This document shows positions 1 through 13,233 of a DNA stretch of 64,000 nucleotides, piece by piece (position 1 is the stretch's first letter; each line of letters starts with the position of its first letter). The stretch comes from Octopus sinensis (lineage: Eukaryota). The notes under the pieces were generated by a model. It was not told the DNA's origin. It saw nothing but the letters and a program-made list of their open reading frames with translations, and searched no databases. The stretch covers positions 124,001 to 188,000 of the forward strand of contig NW_021831988.1 of NCBI RefSeq assembly GCF_006345805.1. Direction: 5' to 3'. Position numbers and translations under genes: made by a program.

Positions 1-592
1 AGCGAATGTACTCGGAGGATTAAGACTGAGTTTCTTGTCCAATTTGTAAGTAGAATAGTCTTATTTGGCAAGGATGGGTTGGGAAATGACAGTAAAGAGA
101 TGATTTTGGTGATAGGGGCTACTAATAGGCAATTATTCGGATCTGACTTGATAGACCACAGGACTTGGATGAGGCTGCCCGTAGACGTTTTGTGCGACGA
201 ATGTATGTGCCCTTGCCCGATAGTCAGGACAGAATGGAATTGGTTTCAGTCCTTCTGAAGGACTATGACAATTCCTTGGACAATCAGGACCTTGAGGAGA
301 TTGCCCGACGTTCAGAATGTTGTGGTATTTGAGTTATTAGTAGACTTTTCTGCTTCGGATATTACTGCGTTGTGTCGTGAAGCAGCGCTGGAGCCACTAA
401 GAATGCTTTCGTCGGATCAAATAAGGAATACTTCTCGTGAAGAGGTATATGAGTAGGATTAGTTGGGAGATCAACCCGATCACTATTTCACATTTCAGAA
501 AGGCATTCCAGGACTCTCGGTCTTCAATTTGCGTTGAGAGTTTAGCTCAGTTTGAACAGTGGAATGAACGATTTGGCTCGTGCCACTCCTAA
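1..592 (+). CDS. FIGNL1: Fidgetin-like AAA+ ATPase, 3' part (partial; introns 46-72, 129-154 GC-AG, 319-343, 445-469)
   Basis: Spliced translation RRIKTEFLVQF-DG...[30 protein letters not shown]...FSASDITALCREAALEP...WNERFGSCHS* matches the spastin/fidgetin AAA C-terminus. RRIKTEFLVQ and EAARRR favour FIGNL1. Confidence 0.82.
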
Positions 593-1108
593 GATATGAA
601 TAGTTTTGTTTCTGACTGTTTTCAGTATTACAAATACAATTAAATTTTGCACTCGTACATATATTAAGCAATTTTTGTTTTTCTGCTGTTTTTCAGAACT
701 AATGAGGGCGCCGTGTGTGACTAGTGTTCAGTAAAAGGGTTTTAAAATGGCTTTTTGATTAAATATATGCATAACGAGTGCAGATGATTGCAATCTAAAT
801 TACTGTCTTTACTTCTTTTAGCAAAATGAACTGAGGTGTTAGTAATGGTCATAGACAGAAACGGCTCATTGTTCTGTGTATTCGTTCTATCTTATCAGTG
901 GAGGATCTAATTTATAATAAATTCATTAGATACTGTTTTTTTATTTCCATTAGTACCCATATTTGCTGCCGATAGCTGACAGAAATTAAGAAAATAAAGC
1001 TGATTTAGGTTTTTTAAACTACAGTATAACCCATTTAAACTCTGCTCTGGACCGACATTATTGACCGGTGTAGAAAAGAGGCAGCATAATGAACAAGTCA
1101 TTAAATTT

Positions 1109-1222
1109 ACTTATTACAAAAGAACGAAACATGAAAATTAATAAAAATCTTTCAATAAAGATTGCCCATATTTAACTTTGATGTAGCAATCGCTTATTGT
1201 TCGAACGAATTATCCTGTTTAT
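1109..1222 (+). repeat. Dispersed direct repeat, copy 1 (copy 2 at about 3990-4105)
   Basis: acttattacaaaagaacgaaacatgaaaattaataaaaatctttcaataaagattgccc aligns by eye with acttataacaaaagagtgaaacaggaaaattaataaaaatctctcaataaggattgccc. Confidence 0.7.
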
Positions 1223-1249
1223 GGGCAAGTGTTATTCAGAATTACTCTA

Positions 1250-1700
1250 GCTAATTAGAGAATCCGTTATTTTCCCAATATGAATATTTACATATTTTCT
1301 TTATCGGCATCAGTCTCATCCACAATTAAGCAAATCTTTTTATTAATTAACAAGCAGATTATCTCATCGATATGTCGTTCGGCCAAAATTTTGACATTAT
1401 TTCGACATTTGGATTCTGAATGTAACTCGAATTGCAGGATTCCTTAGTTTATATAAAGCAATATTTGTTGAAACAAATGCTTCAGTCAGATTTAGTTAAA
1501 AATCATTCGTATCAATAGTATTGGGAAGAAACGTTTGAATCGTCTTTTTGGATTCTTTTATATGTGAAATATGTTGTTGCGTAAATCTGTATTTTTAACA
1601 ACCGTTTCATATCGTATTTTACACAAATATCCCATAAATTATGATATAATGCTCCATTGGGGATAATCGAAAATTCATTTAGAAATTCTTGGATAAATCA
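1250..1700 (-). pseudogene. Decayed hAT-like transposase remnant
   Basis: 1459-1565 is the reverse-complement homolog of about 19036-19140, which translates as ...TEAFVSANI..., similar to the hAT-like family at 56450-57640 and 58544-61243. Confidence 0.4.
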
Positions 1701-1833
1701 TTCGAGTAGATAGATTTTTTCGACTTTGGAATCACAACAACAATCCAATAATTAAAAATATTAAATTTAATATTTTTACATATATATTTAAAATCTTTAA
1801 AATGAATAAACTACACGTTCTACAGTTGTTAGC

Positions 1834-2790
1834 ATGGTGGAAAATCGAAAACGCCTGTCATTTTTTCAAAAGAAGAAAATACTCGAATTTTATCATAAAA
1901 ATAGACATTACACACAGCGCGATTTATCCCTTTATTTCAATGTTTCTCTGGGCTGCATAAACAAAATTTTGAAAAATTCTGAAGGAATACTTAATGTTCA
2001 AGATGACCAAAAAAAGAAGAAAATTTACTTGCCCAAGTCTCAACCATTCGACAGAGATCTATTTGAATGGTTCGTTAAAAAACGATCATTTGGATTTACA
2101 ATCAATGAAAAATGGCCCATGTCTCTAAAAATGGCGAAAGTTTGTAATATTCAAGGATTTCAAGCATCAAATGGATGGCTTGAGAAATTTAAAAATCGAT
2201 ATTGCATTGCTTCCCGTGCTTTATGTGGGAAAATCAATTTGTTGAAACCTCTGTGATTGAAAATTTTACAGAAAGCTTTAATAGAAAATTAGAACAATAT
2301 TGTTTAAAAAATATTTTTAATTTGGACGAAACTGGATTGTTTTTTAAACTTTTGTCGAACAGAACATTAGCTGTTGACTCGGACAAAAATCTGCTTGATA
2401 TTCATAAATCAAGCTTGGTTAGAAGTGTCGGAATTAACAATTACAAATTGTTTCAAGAAAGCATTTGAAAATGCGTTAATACAGAACCTGACAGAAATAG
2501 ATGATGAAAATTTTTTGATTCATGAAAATGATCAAATTGACGACGAAAACTTTATACACAACTTTGCGAGAAAACTAAAACAGCAAGACCAAGTTGAAGA
2601 GGAAGATGAAAAAATTTATGTTCCGACACTATATGAAGCTAGTGAATATGCGAAGGCGCTTGAATTATGGTTTCTTGAGAATGATTATGAACAAAGAGGA
2701 AAAGTATACGAAATACAAAAAATTTTAAGAAATTGTCAAACTAATCATTCTCAAAAAATCACCGATTACATGATTAAAATCTCTAAATAA
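1834..2790 (+). pseudogene. Decayed pogo/Tigger transposase (CENP-B HTH plus DDE_1 remnants, frameshifted)
   Basis: Motifs RKRLSFFQKKKIL, FQASNGWLEKFKNRY, IFNLDETGLFFK and ITNCFKKA lie in three overlapping frames. Confidence 0.85.
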
Positions 2791-2854
2791 TCTTTGTAAT
2801 TATACTTTAATATTGTTTATTGTGTCGATGCGGAGAATGAAGAGCATAGAGTTA

Positions 2855-3240
2855 CATCGGGTGACGTAGGTTTATCAGTCACTTTGAGAGGAGTCCTTAT
2901 GTTCCTCAAAGGATCGTTCAGAATTGTTAAGTAGTCCAATTGAGAAATACAAATTTCCCTCTCGTATCCGTTGACTGAGTTGACAGCCAAAGGGGGCTTT
3001 TCTCATTGAGGTTGCCGCATAAGATGACACCGTCGATGCGTACCAGATTAGAGAGAGTTGGGAGGTTATAGCTTATAGCTCCTTGGACAAAAACCGAGAG
3101 GTGAAATGTACATATTGACAAGCCATAATCATCCTTCGTTGTGCCAAGCGAGACCCCGATTAACTCAGAAACCTCATCAGCTTCAATAAGGTTCCTCACT
3201 TCAGAGGAAACGTCTTTGAATTTCAGGTTGTTTCTGATTA
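2855..3240 (-). mobile_element. Non-LTR retrotransposon (I/Jockey-like) APE endonuclease fragment
   Basis: IEADEVSELIG...VILCGNLNEKSPLW resembles the GDFNAxSPLW motif. Homologous DNA at 57655-58180 shares catc(g/a)ggtgacgtag. Confidence 0.65.
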
Positions 3241-3329
3241 AAGTGATCTAAATAATCAATCTTCTACACAAGATAAATCTTCTACACTAAATAGATTAGT
3301 TTTTGAAACTTTTCTACGTTTGAGAAATG

Positions 3330-3760
3330 GATTTCCCACCATTTTTAAAATCATGTTGAAACTCATTGCAAAAAAAATACAAAAATAAATTACGAATCAT
3401 TTAAGGCATCAAATAGATGGCTCGACCGGTTCAAGATGAGTCACGAGTTGCTGTTTAAAACTATAAGTGGAGAAAAAAATTCGTCTGACCTTTTTTCATC
3501 ATCCAATTTTTTCTCTGAGTATGACAACTGTTAGGAAACTGTAGGAAATGAAAATATTTTCAAATGTGACGAAAATGCTTTATACGTAAAGCGAATTCCG
3601 TCGAAATTTTTTGTTCAATTTAATGACAAATGCAATCAAATTAAAAAGAGAAGGTTTTTTTCTCTCCTCTGTTGTAATGCACTGGATGAAAAGTTAAAAC
3701 CTTTATTAATTGGAAAGTTCAAATCTCCTCGGTGTTTGAAAAATTTGAATGAATTCGTCA
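3330..3760 (+). pseudogene. Second decayed pogo/Tigger transposase remnant
   Basis: Broken motifs FKASNRWLDRFK, IFKCDENALY and LCCNALDEKLKPLLIGKFKSPRCLKN. Confidence 0.7.
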
Positions 3761-5004
3761 GATAGTATTTAAGACAAAATCACTTGAACATTATGAATTC
3801 TCTAGAAGATAATATTTTAGTACATGTCCAAAAGGTTTAAAATTCTACTAAAAATTTCGAAAAAAATCTATCTAGAGAACTGAAAAAATCAATTCGGTAA
3901 GAAAACTAGTTATTATTTGTAATAGTGTTTTGTTTGTATTTATTTTAATTTCTACATTTTATTAAGGAAAGACAGTGTCAGAAATTTTTACTTATAACAA
4001 AAGAGTGAAACAGGAAAATTAATAAAAATCTCTCAATAAGGATTGCCCCGTTTTTAGCTTGATTCAACAATTGCTTTATTGTTCAAACAAATTTATTTAT
4101 TTATTATTTATTTATTAACTTCAAGATCACCGAGAAAGATAGGTCAGAACTAACTAATTAGGTGATCCCTGCCTCCAACAACAGCCGTACTCTCCTTGCA
4201 TGATCTTCTGATGACCCGACCGTAATCCGGAAACGACTTCTCTTCCTTCTGCAGAGGAACTCAATTGGAGTGCATTTCTTTATAACCGACCGAAATTCCT
4301 CTGCATGGGCCACCTTTTCTTTGAGTGGGTCACCCGTTCAAACAAATCAGTCTGTTTATGTCAATTTATTTATTTTTTTGTGCTCATATTTTTTTTATTA
4401 AAGATAGTTAGAAAAGAAAGAAGGATTGTTTAAGACTACGCAGGTTAGAGTGCCCTCGCAGCCTCACGGATTGCAAAGCAGTTGCCGCGGATTACGGGAA
4501 TGGAGAGGCGTTGAAGAAGCCAAAAGGACTCTCTCGGGTCGTCCCTCCTTTTGGCGATTCTACTCCCCAAACTGCGTAGGAAACAAAGTGACTTGCTGTC
4601 GAAGACTCCAAAGGTCTTTATTATTTGAATTTTTCTTTAAAAACAATTCGCAACGTAATTATTGATTTTCTTTTAAGTTATTTGCAATTCAAGATTAAAG
4701 ACAATTAATATAATCAGATTAATGTCAGAAGCCCGGTTTATGATAAAAGAAAAGGCAAGTTAGGACCGAAAATACGGCTGGTATTTGAAATAGAAGAGAT
4801 CCGGTATATCAAAGATAAATTAGCAGTTATGGCCCATGAGGTGAATTGGTGCAGTTTTGAGGGAATTCCTGTATACCAATGACTCGGTTTAGAGAGCTTT
4901 GAATTCATCAAAAACTTCCTTCCCAATGTTATTTCCTTTTATTAAAGTTTAGTTGGTCAGTAAAAAGCCAAAAATAAAAAAATTAAATCTATTTGAAAAT
5001 AAAG

Positions 5005-5487
5005 TCAACTCCAAAAGATGGAAGCAATTCGATTGACAATGGAAGAAAAGGACGAGACTTGATTAGGATTCCACAAATTGGATTTATTGAGGAAGGACTG
5101 CCAGCCTCCTCTGGACTGAATGAGTGAAGTGTATTCAACATGGCCGTCAATGTGCTCAGAGAAGGCAGTGACGATCCTCTCCACGGAGTCAGGCCAGAGA
5201 TATGAGATGGACCGACAGAACAACATGAACATCATCAAACGGCCACACACGCCAGAATTGGAACCATTCTCCACATTTGCAAGGATCATTTCGATTTTTG
5301 ATTTGATGGGAATGTCGATGGAGGACACTCCTCGATTGACAATTGTTAGATAGTCCTGTCGCTCGGATATGAGCTCGTCCAATCGATTTATCAGGGGTTG
5401 GAGGTGAATTCGGAGTGGATTTGCTTCACAGTTCTCATTTGATTGAGCAATTGTTTGGAATAATTCAAAAGTGGATATAACAACCAT
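5005..5487 (-). CDS. Divergent Bcl-2 family protein (intronless ORF, 160 aa)
   Basis: BH1-like VCGRLMMFMLF (canonical NWGRIVALF) and BH2-like LIQSRGGWQSF (canonical WIxxxGGWxxF) at plausible spacing. Confidence 0.62.
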   Translation of the reverse strand: MVVISTFELFQTIAQSNENCEANPLRIHLQPLINRLDELISERQDYLTIVNRGVSSIDIPIKSKIEMILANVENGSNSGVCGRLMMFMLFCRSISYLWPDSVERIVTAFSEHIDGHVEYTSLIQSRGGWQSFLNKSNLWNPNQVSSFSSIVNRIASIFWS

Positions 5488-6379
5488 TCACAACAACACA
5501 AAAACAATTCTAATCGATATTATGTACTATTAATTTTGAAAATTAATATAATAATTATTATTAAAAATAAATTAATTAAAATATATTATGTACAATATAA
5601 AATTTAAGAAATCAAATTTAATGAAAAATGTCAATAATGGATATAAGTCTGGATAAATATTTTCTAAAGATTAAACTACAAAACAGCCTGGTGCTATATT
5701 TGAGAAATTCGAGACGAACAATAAATAAATAAAGAGGGAAAGACAAGGGGTCCAATCTTAGTTATGATCAACAAATGATCATCCTAAACCGAGTTAAGCT
5801 ACATTTTCAATACTGGGTTAGATTTTTAATAAGTACATTAATAAGCTAAACTATTCTATTTAAACTTCGTATTTTTGCATTGCAACCTGATCATTTTATC
5901 TTGTTTATTGACTAGTAATTCCCATTGATATGTTTTTTCGTCTTTTTAAAACCCGCACGTTCTTTTTCTTAATCGCATATTTACAAATTATTCTATGGCT
6001 GTGGTCTTGGTGTTTAATAAATAAATAAATGGCAGCAGCGACTAAGAGCGTGAGCTTTATGTAACATAATACTACAAACACAAAAATAGAAACAAAATTA
6101 ACATTAATGAAACAATTTTTTTGTCAAATTAAAAGGGGTAAAAATTTAACATAGTTACATTAATTGTAACTATTTCTTTATCTAAACTTACTTATGATCA
6201 AGAAGACGTTGCCACTCAAAATCGCTATAAAGATTCTTTGGAACAGCCATTGCTTCTCCTAAGGCTCTTTTAGTTTTCTTGTAATCAGTTGCTCAATTTT
6301 TCCCGGAGTTTAAACGATTTATTACTCATGAATCTGGACAATTTTACGGGAATCGGAAAAAAATGATGTTGTCTGACAA

Positions 6380-7740
6380 ATTGGAATATTTTGAGATTTT
6401 ATATTTTTAGCCTTCTTAGTGGCTGAACCTGGACTGATTGCAGAGTTAATTATGTTCGTCTTCGAAAAGGTTTTCGTGTACGTATAGTCCCAAGCAAAGC
6501 ATTTCTTAATACTGTGACTAAAACTGACTCCTAATGTCCTTGCCTATTCGAGATCAAAACACCCGGACCATCCACTAAGACCTCTTACTTGCTCATCTGT
6601 GCCTTCTACCTTCGACCCTCCAAAAAAAGAAATCAGAATTTCAATCAAATCATTCAGGAAGAGCAACTGCGGCGGACTGGGACGCCCGGGTCATATCAAG
6701 GACACTACCTCTCCCTTAACTGGAGAGTCAGACAATATCCGGATTCTTCCCACTTTCTACATTAAAAGATGTAATTATCTTATTATCGACTGGTCCGTGA
6801 AATATGACTCCAGGAGTGACCACAATCCTATATTCTGGATGTAAAAACGAAACACGGATAAGGGGATTGTATCCTACCACTATTAATTACAATCTTGCTA
6901 ACTAAAGAAGCTTTACGCAGTACATCGAAAGTTTCCTTGGTCCTTTTTACCTTTTTCACTTTGCAACAGTTTGAAAAATGATCGGAATGTTCAACACGAT
7001 TCTTATAAAAAAGAGGAAGTTATTCATACCGATAAGCAGTCGTCGAGAAGGTTTGAATCACGACCAAACTTGTGATAAAAGAACGAAACTCTTTAAAGAA
7101 AAAACATCTCAGACAAAGCTATCTGAGGATCTTTCTTCAATCCCTTCTGTTAGAAAGGTGTGGAATACGATCAAATCTATCAAAAGCTCTACTGCTACAC
7201 ATCTGATTTGAACATTCACTCCAATCTAAAGAGATGGCTTGCTAACTTCCTAAGGGAAAGACGCGGACAGGTCATCTGCAACAACGTGAAATCGAAGACA
7301 CGACTTCTACCAAATGGGGTCCTCCAAGGCTCCCCTTTATCTCCCACATTATTCAACTTATATGTACACGACATGCCAGGGAGAACTAATGACAACTGCT
7401 TCCTTCTTATGCTGACGAAATTGTTGTTGCTGCTAAAGATAGACTTTATAAAAACGCATCCCGAACGGTACAAAAAATACTTAATTTATTAACTGTTTGG
7501 CTTAAAAAACTACGACTGGAAGTATCGCCAAAAAGTATTTTGTAACGTTATTCACTACTTGCAAACAACATTATTCGAGAAGACCTTTAATCATGATTAA
7601 CAACGAGACAATACCTTTTACGGCCACACCAGTGATCCTTGGAATAACCTTCGATCAAGGACTCAAATTTGCAAAAAATGTCGAAAGCAACTGCGGCGCT
7701 CATTAAAATGAGGATCCGAAGTTGATTTCTAAACCCCTCG
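6380..7740 (+). mobile_element. Decayed I/Jockey-like LINE (endonuclease end plus reverse transcriptase fragments)
   Basis: SDHNPI endonuclease motif, GVLQGSPLSPTLFNLYVHDMP (RT4), YADEIV (RT5) and ILGITFDQGL, with frameshifts. 6376-6470 is repeated at 8703-8800. Confidence 0.75.
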
Positions 7741-7784
7741 GTAGGAACTCAAAGACCCTATCAAATGTATATCAGATTTTATTA

Positions 7785-8703
7785 ATAAAAAGAAACTAAT
7801 TAACCAAGTAATTTTCTAAGTCCAGAGCTTTCGAAGTGAGCAGAGGATAGCACTCCACGCACCTCATTCCCTTCTTTCTCCTGATTGTATATAAGCCCGT
7901 AGAGACTTATCTACACCCAACTGTCTTAAGTACCGCTTGTGATATTTGGTGACCAGTCCATCCCATGTCATCACACACGGGATTCCACTGTCTGCAAACG
8001 GTCTAGGCACGTGATGCCCACCTTTACGATAACAATATCTCAGGTGACCTTATTGTGGACCATAATATCGGATCTGTTGTGCTGGACAACAATCGAGGTG
8101 CGTATGGAGGTATTCACCTTAATGCACACCGATTGAACTCGATGGGTTCGCAACTTTTTAGACAGCCTCAACCCATGCATATTGTAGAGCAGAAGATTGA
8201 AGGACCTCACCACCTCGTTATGCTTCCATGTGTAATCATGGTAAAGCATACTCCCACACTTCGTGGCTAAATGGTCAACGGTCATCGCATTACTTTTACA
8301 GTGGTTACTCTGTTTCAGTTGACCATTAAAGAAGTTTCTGTTCTGCAAATATGAGAACAACCCTTCTGATCTGGGAGAGTTATTTCCACATTTCAGCCAC
8401 GTTGATGACGATGATACGTAAATGTGCAGGTTGTCCAGGCTGCTAAAGAGAGTCTTGTGAAGAACTTTTAAGTTGATATGTTTTATTTCTTCTGAGTTGA
8501 TTCCTTCTGAAGTTTTGTCAACTCTTTCACATTAACTTGGGTAGCACCCGGGTCATACTTAGCCGACACGTAGCCTTTTATGGTCCCTAGGTGTGTACCA
8601 TACGCTTTTTTACCAGCCAGGATGGCAGCCTTGTTTTGGGATACACTTGAGCCACTCCACAAGGTGTCGTGCATCTTAGTAAGAATTCGCTCACTTAAGT
8701 GTA
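7785..8703 (-). mobile_element. R4/Dong-like non-LTR retrotransposon, 5'-truncated decayed copy
   Basis: Reverse-complement near-identity to 49830-50950, including the 3' UTR, with internal deletions. Confidence 0.9.
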
Positions 8704-9327
8704 CCAAATTGGAATATTTTGAGATTTTATGTTCTTCGGCCTTCTTAGCGGCTGAACCTGGACTGGTTACAAAGTCAACTATGTTCGTCTTCGAAAAGGT
8801 TTACCAATCCTTGTTTAACTACCTCAAAAATCGTCCCCGTTCGAGTTATTGACATGCTCCACGTCGGACAAAACATCCATTGGCATGGTCTGGAATCACT
8901 AAATTAGCTAGGAATTTTATCTTTTTTCCTTATAACCCGGTGATCCTGGGGTAACAATAAATATATAAATTCAGTTTTTTAAGATTGTATTTACTCGTTC
9001 CCATTAAGTAGTGATTAGATTGTCGCATATCAGATCAGGACTGCTCAATAATTATTTTCTCTTCCTGTTTCATTTTATTTAATCACTAAACAAATAGCTG
9101 AACCATCTTCATCAGAGACATGCTTTTGATTTTTAGTGATGAACAACATCCCTAACCTGATTTACCGCTCTATAATAATTTGCTTTCAAATACATCACGT
9201 TCACACATTTGCTTCACATGTAGACATCTTTATGTAGCATTACAATACTCAATATGATGACAAAAAATATCTTAGATTATTGTTATTGTAAGGAAAGTAA
9301 ATTTAGTAAATTTATTAATGTTAGTAT

Positions 9328-9798
9328 TTATTCGATGGTTTTTTTTGTTTGTACACCCGATCGCATAGGAGGAAATTCTAGAATCATAAAAATTTTTACC
9401 ATTAGAACCAAAGGAATGAGAGTTGGGAAAACCTGGGTTTAATTAAAACATTATTTGCTTACTTATAGCACTTAGATCATCATTAAATTCATGACCTTTG
9501 GTATTTGATTGTGGTTTGTTTATTAATTCACTCTCAATTTTATTTTTTAATAATTCACAGACACGAACATCTAAACTAAACTAAAATGAAATATACAATC
9601 TTTTTTTACGTCTGTGTTTATGTTTTCTTTAAAATTCAGATTAAAACTAATTTACCTTCTAGAATTTGCTTGCAAATTTCAATTTCTCTGAAATTATTAA
9701 TATTATTATATCTATTATTTTCAGTTATTGTTTTCCCATCATCTTTAAAAATGAAAAGAAAATGAAATACTTTTATCTACTTCTGGAGAATTATTCAT
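9328..9798 (-). CDS. Orphan AT-rich gene with five tiny introns (9743-9770, 9627-9655, 9581-9609, 9433-9462, 9378-9399)
   Basis: Five GT-AG introns of 28, 29, 29, 30 and 22 nt join into one stop-free frame MNNSPEVDKNDGK...DVRVCELLKNKIESEL...GVQTKKTIE*. No family recognised. Confidence 0.5.
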
Positions 9799-10346
9799 AC
9801 TATAATTAAATTAAATATTATTTACAATTGAATTATATTGCTCTTTTTCATAAATGTCACTGTGAGCAAAATGGTCAGGAAAATCATTTTCTTTAAAGGA
9901 ATCGTTATTTGTTTTATACTCTTATATTTGTACTTTAATTTTGTACTATATTTCTAATTGCTAGTTAAAATAAATCAATAAATATTTCCATTCTATTTTA
10001 AGTGCAAACTTTTGTTCAAAATAAAAATATTAATGTACTAAATTGGTGCAATAATTGATAACCGATTTTTATTTTGAATTATTAAAAGTAATATGATTAT
10101 TAATGTGCAATCAATTATTTTATTTTAATACATTAAATGGTATTTTTACAATATGTAAATCAAGAAATTGAAATCAGTCAGAATTTACCTGGTTTTAATT
10201 TGGTATAACACTTCGATAATGAGCCTTTTTAGAATTTTAATATTTAGTTTGAATGCTTGTCGATATTACACAGAAAAGGTATTCAAAATATGTAATAAAT
10301 CAAAAACGACAATACCAACCGAATTATAAAATATTAGAATTTAAAT

Positions 10347-12043
10347 TTATAAAAAATTCTCCTCATCATGATTAGTAGAAAAATGTAAGTCTGCGAGAAA
10401 TTCGCTATCAGGACATAAATATTCAAAAATCTTTCTGGCCTCCAAAACCACATCATTCGGCCTCCTCAAAGGAGATGGACCAAGGCAAGGAAACACATTC
10501 CTCGGCAAACAATCAATCTCCCGACAGCAATCAACATCAAAATCCGCCCTCCACAACACAACCTGAATGTCCCCATAAAAGGAATCAATCAAATTGTCAA
10601 TATGAGTCCTAAACTCCTCTTCAACCCCGCCATGTGCAGTAAAGTGAACAACAACTTGAATTATATAAATAATTACAATATCCAGGAGGACATGTTCCAC
10701 TAGCATACGGCAATTCAAGGACAGTGATTGTACAATCCCCAGAAAATTCATGAAATAAAGTAATCTGAGAATTATCCCCCTCAGTCTTTATAGAAGTGTT
10801 GGTAAAAAGAATCGTCCTGTGGAATGTCTGACTGTTCTCTGCCCTCTGGCCAGTCGTGGATGACATATAAGAATCATTAATGAAAAAATATCTAAAATTT
10901 AATGACTGGAAAACCTGCATTTAATTTGTTCTTGGTTGGACAGAACTACACCAGAACAACTACGACTATATTATGCACAAAACCTGCCGGATTCGTCTTG
11001 GAGAAGACGTTCCACAGCCACAGACAGACAGCACGTGACCCCAAAGACTGCTCCATGTCTGGAAAATGCCTGCACAACATCTCCACATCCATACAGAGTA
11101 TACAAATAAGGAGACTTTCCATATGCCCCGGCCGACTTGATAAAACACAAAATCGCTTCCAAGCCCTAAAAAAGTCAAACAGTAAAAAAACCTCTTCCAT
11201 GGAAATTTGTCGGTTTTTGAGACAAAGTATAGAACAGATGTAGTCGACCAGCTTAGGGGTGAGTCCCTTAAGTCTCATTGTGTCGACAAACATGGAATCG
11301 GAGTTATCTTTTCTATAAATCACAATTTAGGCAACCTGCTGAATCAAAGATGTAATTCGAACAAAATTTAAAAAACTTATTGAGACTGTATTTTTCGACA
11401 TTTGTAAAATTTTTGGTAGAGAAAACCTCAGAACGAGAGCAGGGAGCCTTAGAAAATGTGACAAAATGACTTAACCGAATAAATATTTGATTTACTGTCT
11501 CGAATGAGTATTCGGTGGACAAGTTGAAAGGACAAATATTTATGGATTCCTGTCTTTATTATCTTTTCGATTAACGGACCGGACGCGTGGGTGACGTAGG
11601 GAAATAAATCCAACTGAAAGACACGCAATTTGGCCGACAATTCGGTAGGAATTTGAGAACTAAAATTCATCTTTTGAACAAACCATTCAAAGTTCCTAAA
11701 AACTACATTTTTATCAAATCTAAGATCTATCGAATTATCGTTATCAGTTCGTGGCTGAAATTGGTCCAGAACAGGCTAAAATGTACAGAAAATCGTACAT
11801 TCTGCATGAATGACTGAAACTCCTTAAATGAGAGAGTAGCCCACTGACTGCCATAAAAAGGATTTCTAAGTTAAATTCAAGTCGGAAAAACTTATCGATG
11901 AGGAGAACTGACATTCCGGCACGTTGTAGAGCAGAGGACAGAATAGTCTCAAATAGTCCTTCAAATCAGCACAAAGTCAACTCACCCGTGCCGTAGAACA
12001 CACAGTCAAAGTAATCCTGACCAATCCTAATGTCACTACACAT
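10347..12043 (-). CDS. CHM: Rab escort protein (Rab GGTase component A, GDI/REP family), multi-intron
   Basis: FDCVFYGT-GLFETILSSALQRAGMSVLLID-KNPFYGSQWA; FQLDLFP...KYLSFQ; APCSRSEVFSTKNFTNVEKYSLNKF; SAGAYGKSPYLYTLYGCGDVVQAFSRHGAVFG. Confidence 0.9.
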
Positions 12044-12123
12044 AAGGGAATTAAATAAGACAAATTAAAACAATAAAATTAATTCAAAGACAATAACTCA
12101 AAAAAAGAAAGTAATAGAACTAA

Positions 12124-12874
12124 TTAGTACCATCCTCGTCGTGGCCGGAAACGAGAGAAGCGTCTAAAAGACCCTCCACGACGGAAAGGAGGGGCACCAC
12201 GTCGATTATAAAACGGCTGGTTCTTCCTTTTGGTAGTCACCCGGACAATCCGCCCCTTAAATTCAGTCCCATCAAACTCCAGGGCATTCAAAACACTACT
12301 TTCCTCCTCAAATTGCACATAAGCAAAACTGCACATAATTCCCGCCAAAACTACCCCTTTGGATGTCCCTTGTAGTCCACCATAATCGTCACACGGTTGA
12401 TTTTCCCGCACTTTTGAAATAATTTTTCAAGGTCTTCCGCAGTCGAGCTGTAGTCCACCTACAAGTCACGTGTTCTGTCTACATTTCCTATATAAATAGA
12501 GCCCATGTCGATTTCGCTGCTGTCCAAAGGCACTTGCACTGCGTTTAGGTCGAGTTTGACTGCATTTATGGAGGGAAATACGTTTGTTTGGTTCGTGGGC
12601 CTGTTCTTCTGTGTCTGGCCGACAATTGTCCCCGTCCTCTGAGAGTTTCTCGTCAGTGACGTCTCTGAACTGTTTAAGTCGCTCAGCCTCGGCATCCATG
12701 TACTGCAGATTGCGTCTGATAGGCTCCAAGTCCTAATAGGTGTGATTGGGCTGGTCTAACATAGTTGTTGTTGGCTTCTTTTTTGCTGGGAGGGGCATCT
12801 TTTTTGATTTCTGTGGAGGATTGTCGTTTGAAACCTTCCTGGGATACCAAAATGTCTGCGGATTCGTCAATCAT
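12124..12874 (-). CDS. PABPN1: Nuclear poly(A)-binding protein (single RRM, RG-rich tail), 4 tiny introns
   Basis: [21 protein letters not shown]; [16 protein letters not shown]; GHPKG-FAYVQF; KRKNQP...RGG...RPRRGWY*. Confidence 0.9.
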
Positions 12875-13233
12875 TTTAACTATTAATATTAATAGGATAT
12901 ATTTTATTATTGTTGTTATTATATGTATTAGTTATAGTTATAGTAAAGTGTGACTAACCACGTCGAGAGTACAAATTTTATTCTTTTATTAATAATATAA
13001 ATTTATATTTCGAAATTAATTAAAACTATTAGAATAATAATAGTTTCGTGTTAATTTTTTAAAAATGTTGATTTAAAGAATCTTTTTTTAGTCATATCAT
13101 GTGCCCCACAAGGACGAATATTGTCCACGCCACTAAAATAGTTATAGACAGTCAACGATTATAGATTTTTTAAATATATTTATAATAATATATTTATATT
13201 TCCAAGTAAATAGACACGTTGGATTAAGTAGTT

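Noticed and set aside
4440-4570. HDV-like ribozyme, SRP or RNase P reading of the GC island
   Set aside because: No P1 partner or proper L3 loop could be built, and SRP/RNase P conserved boxes were not convincingly present.
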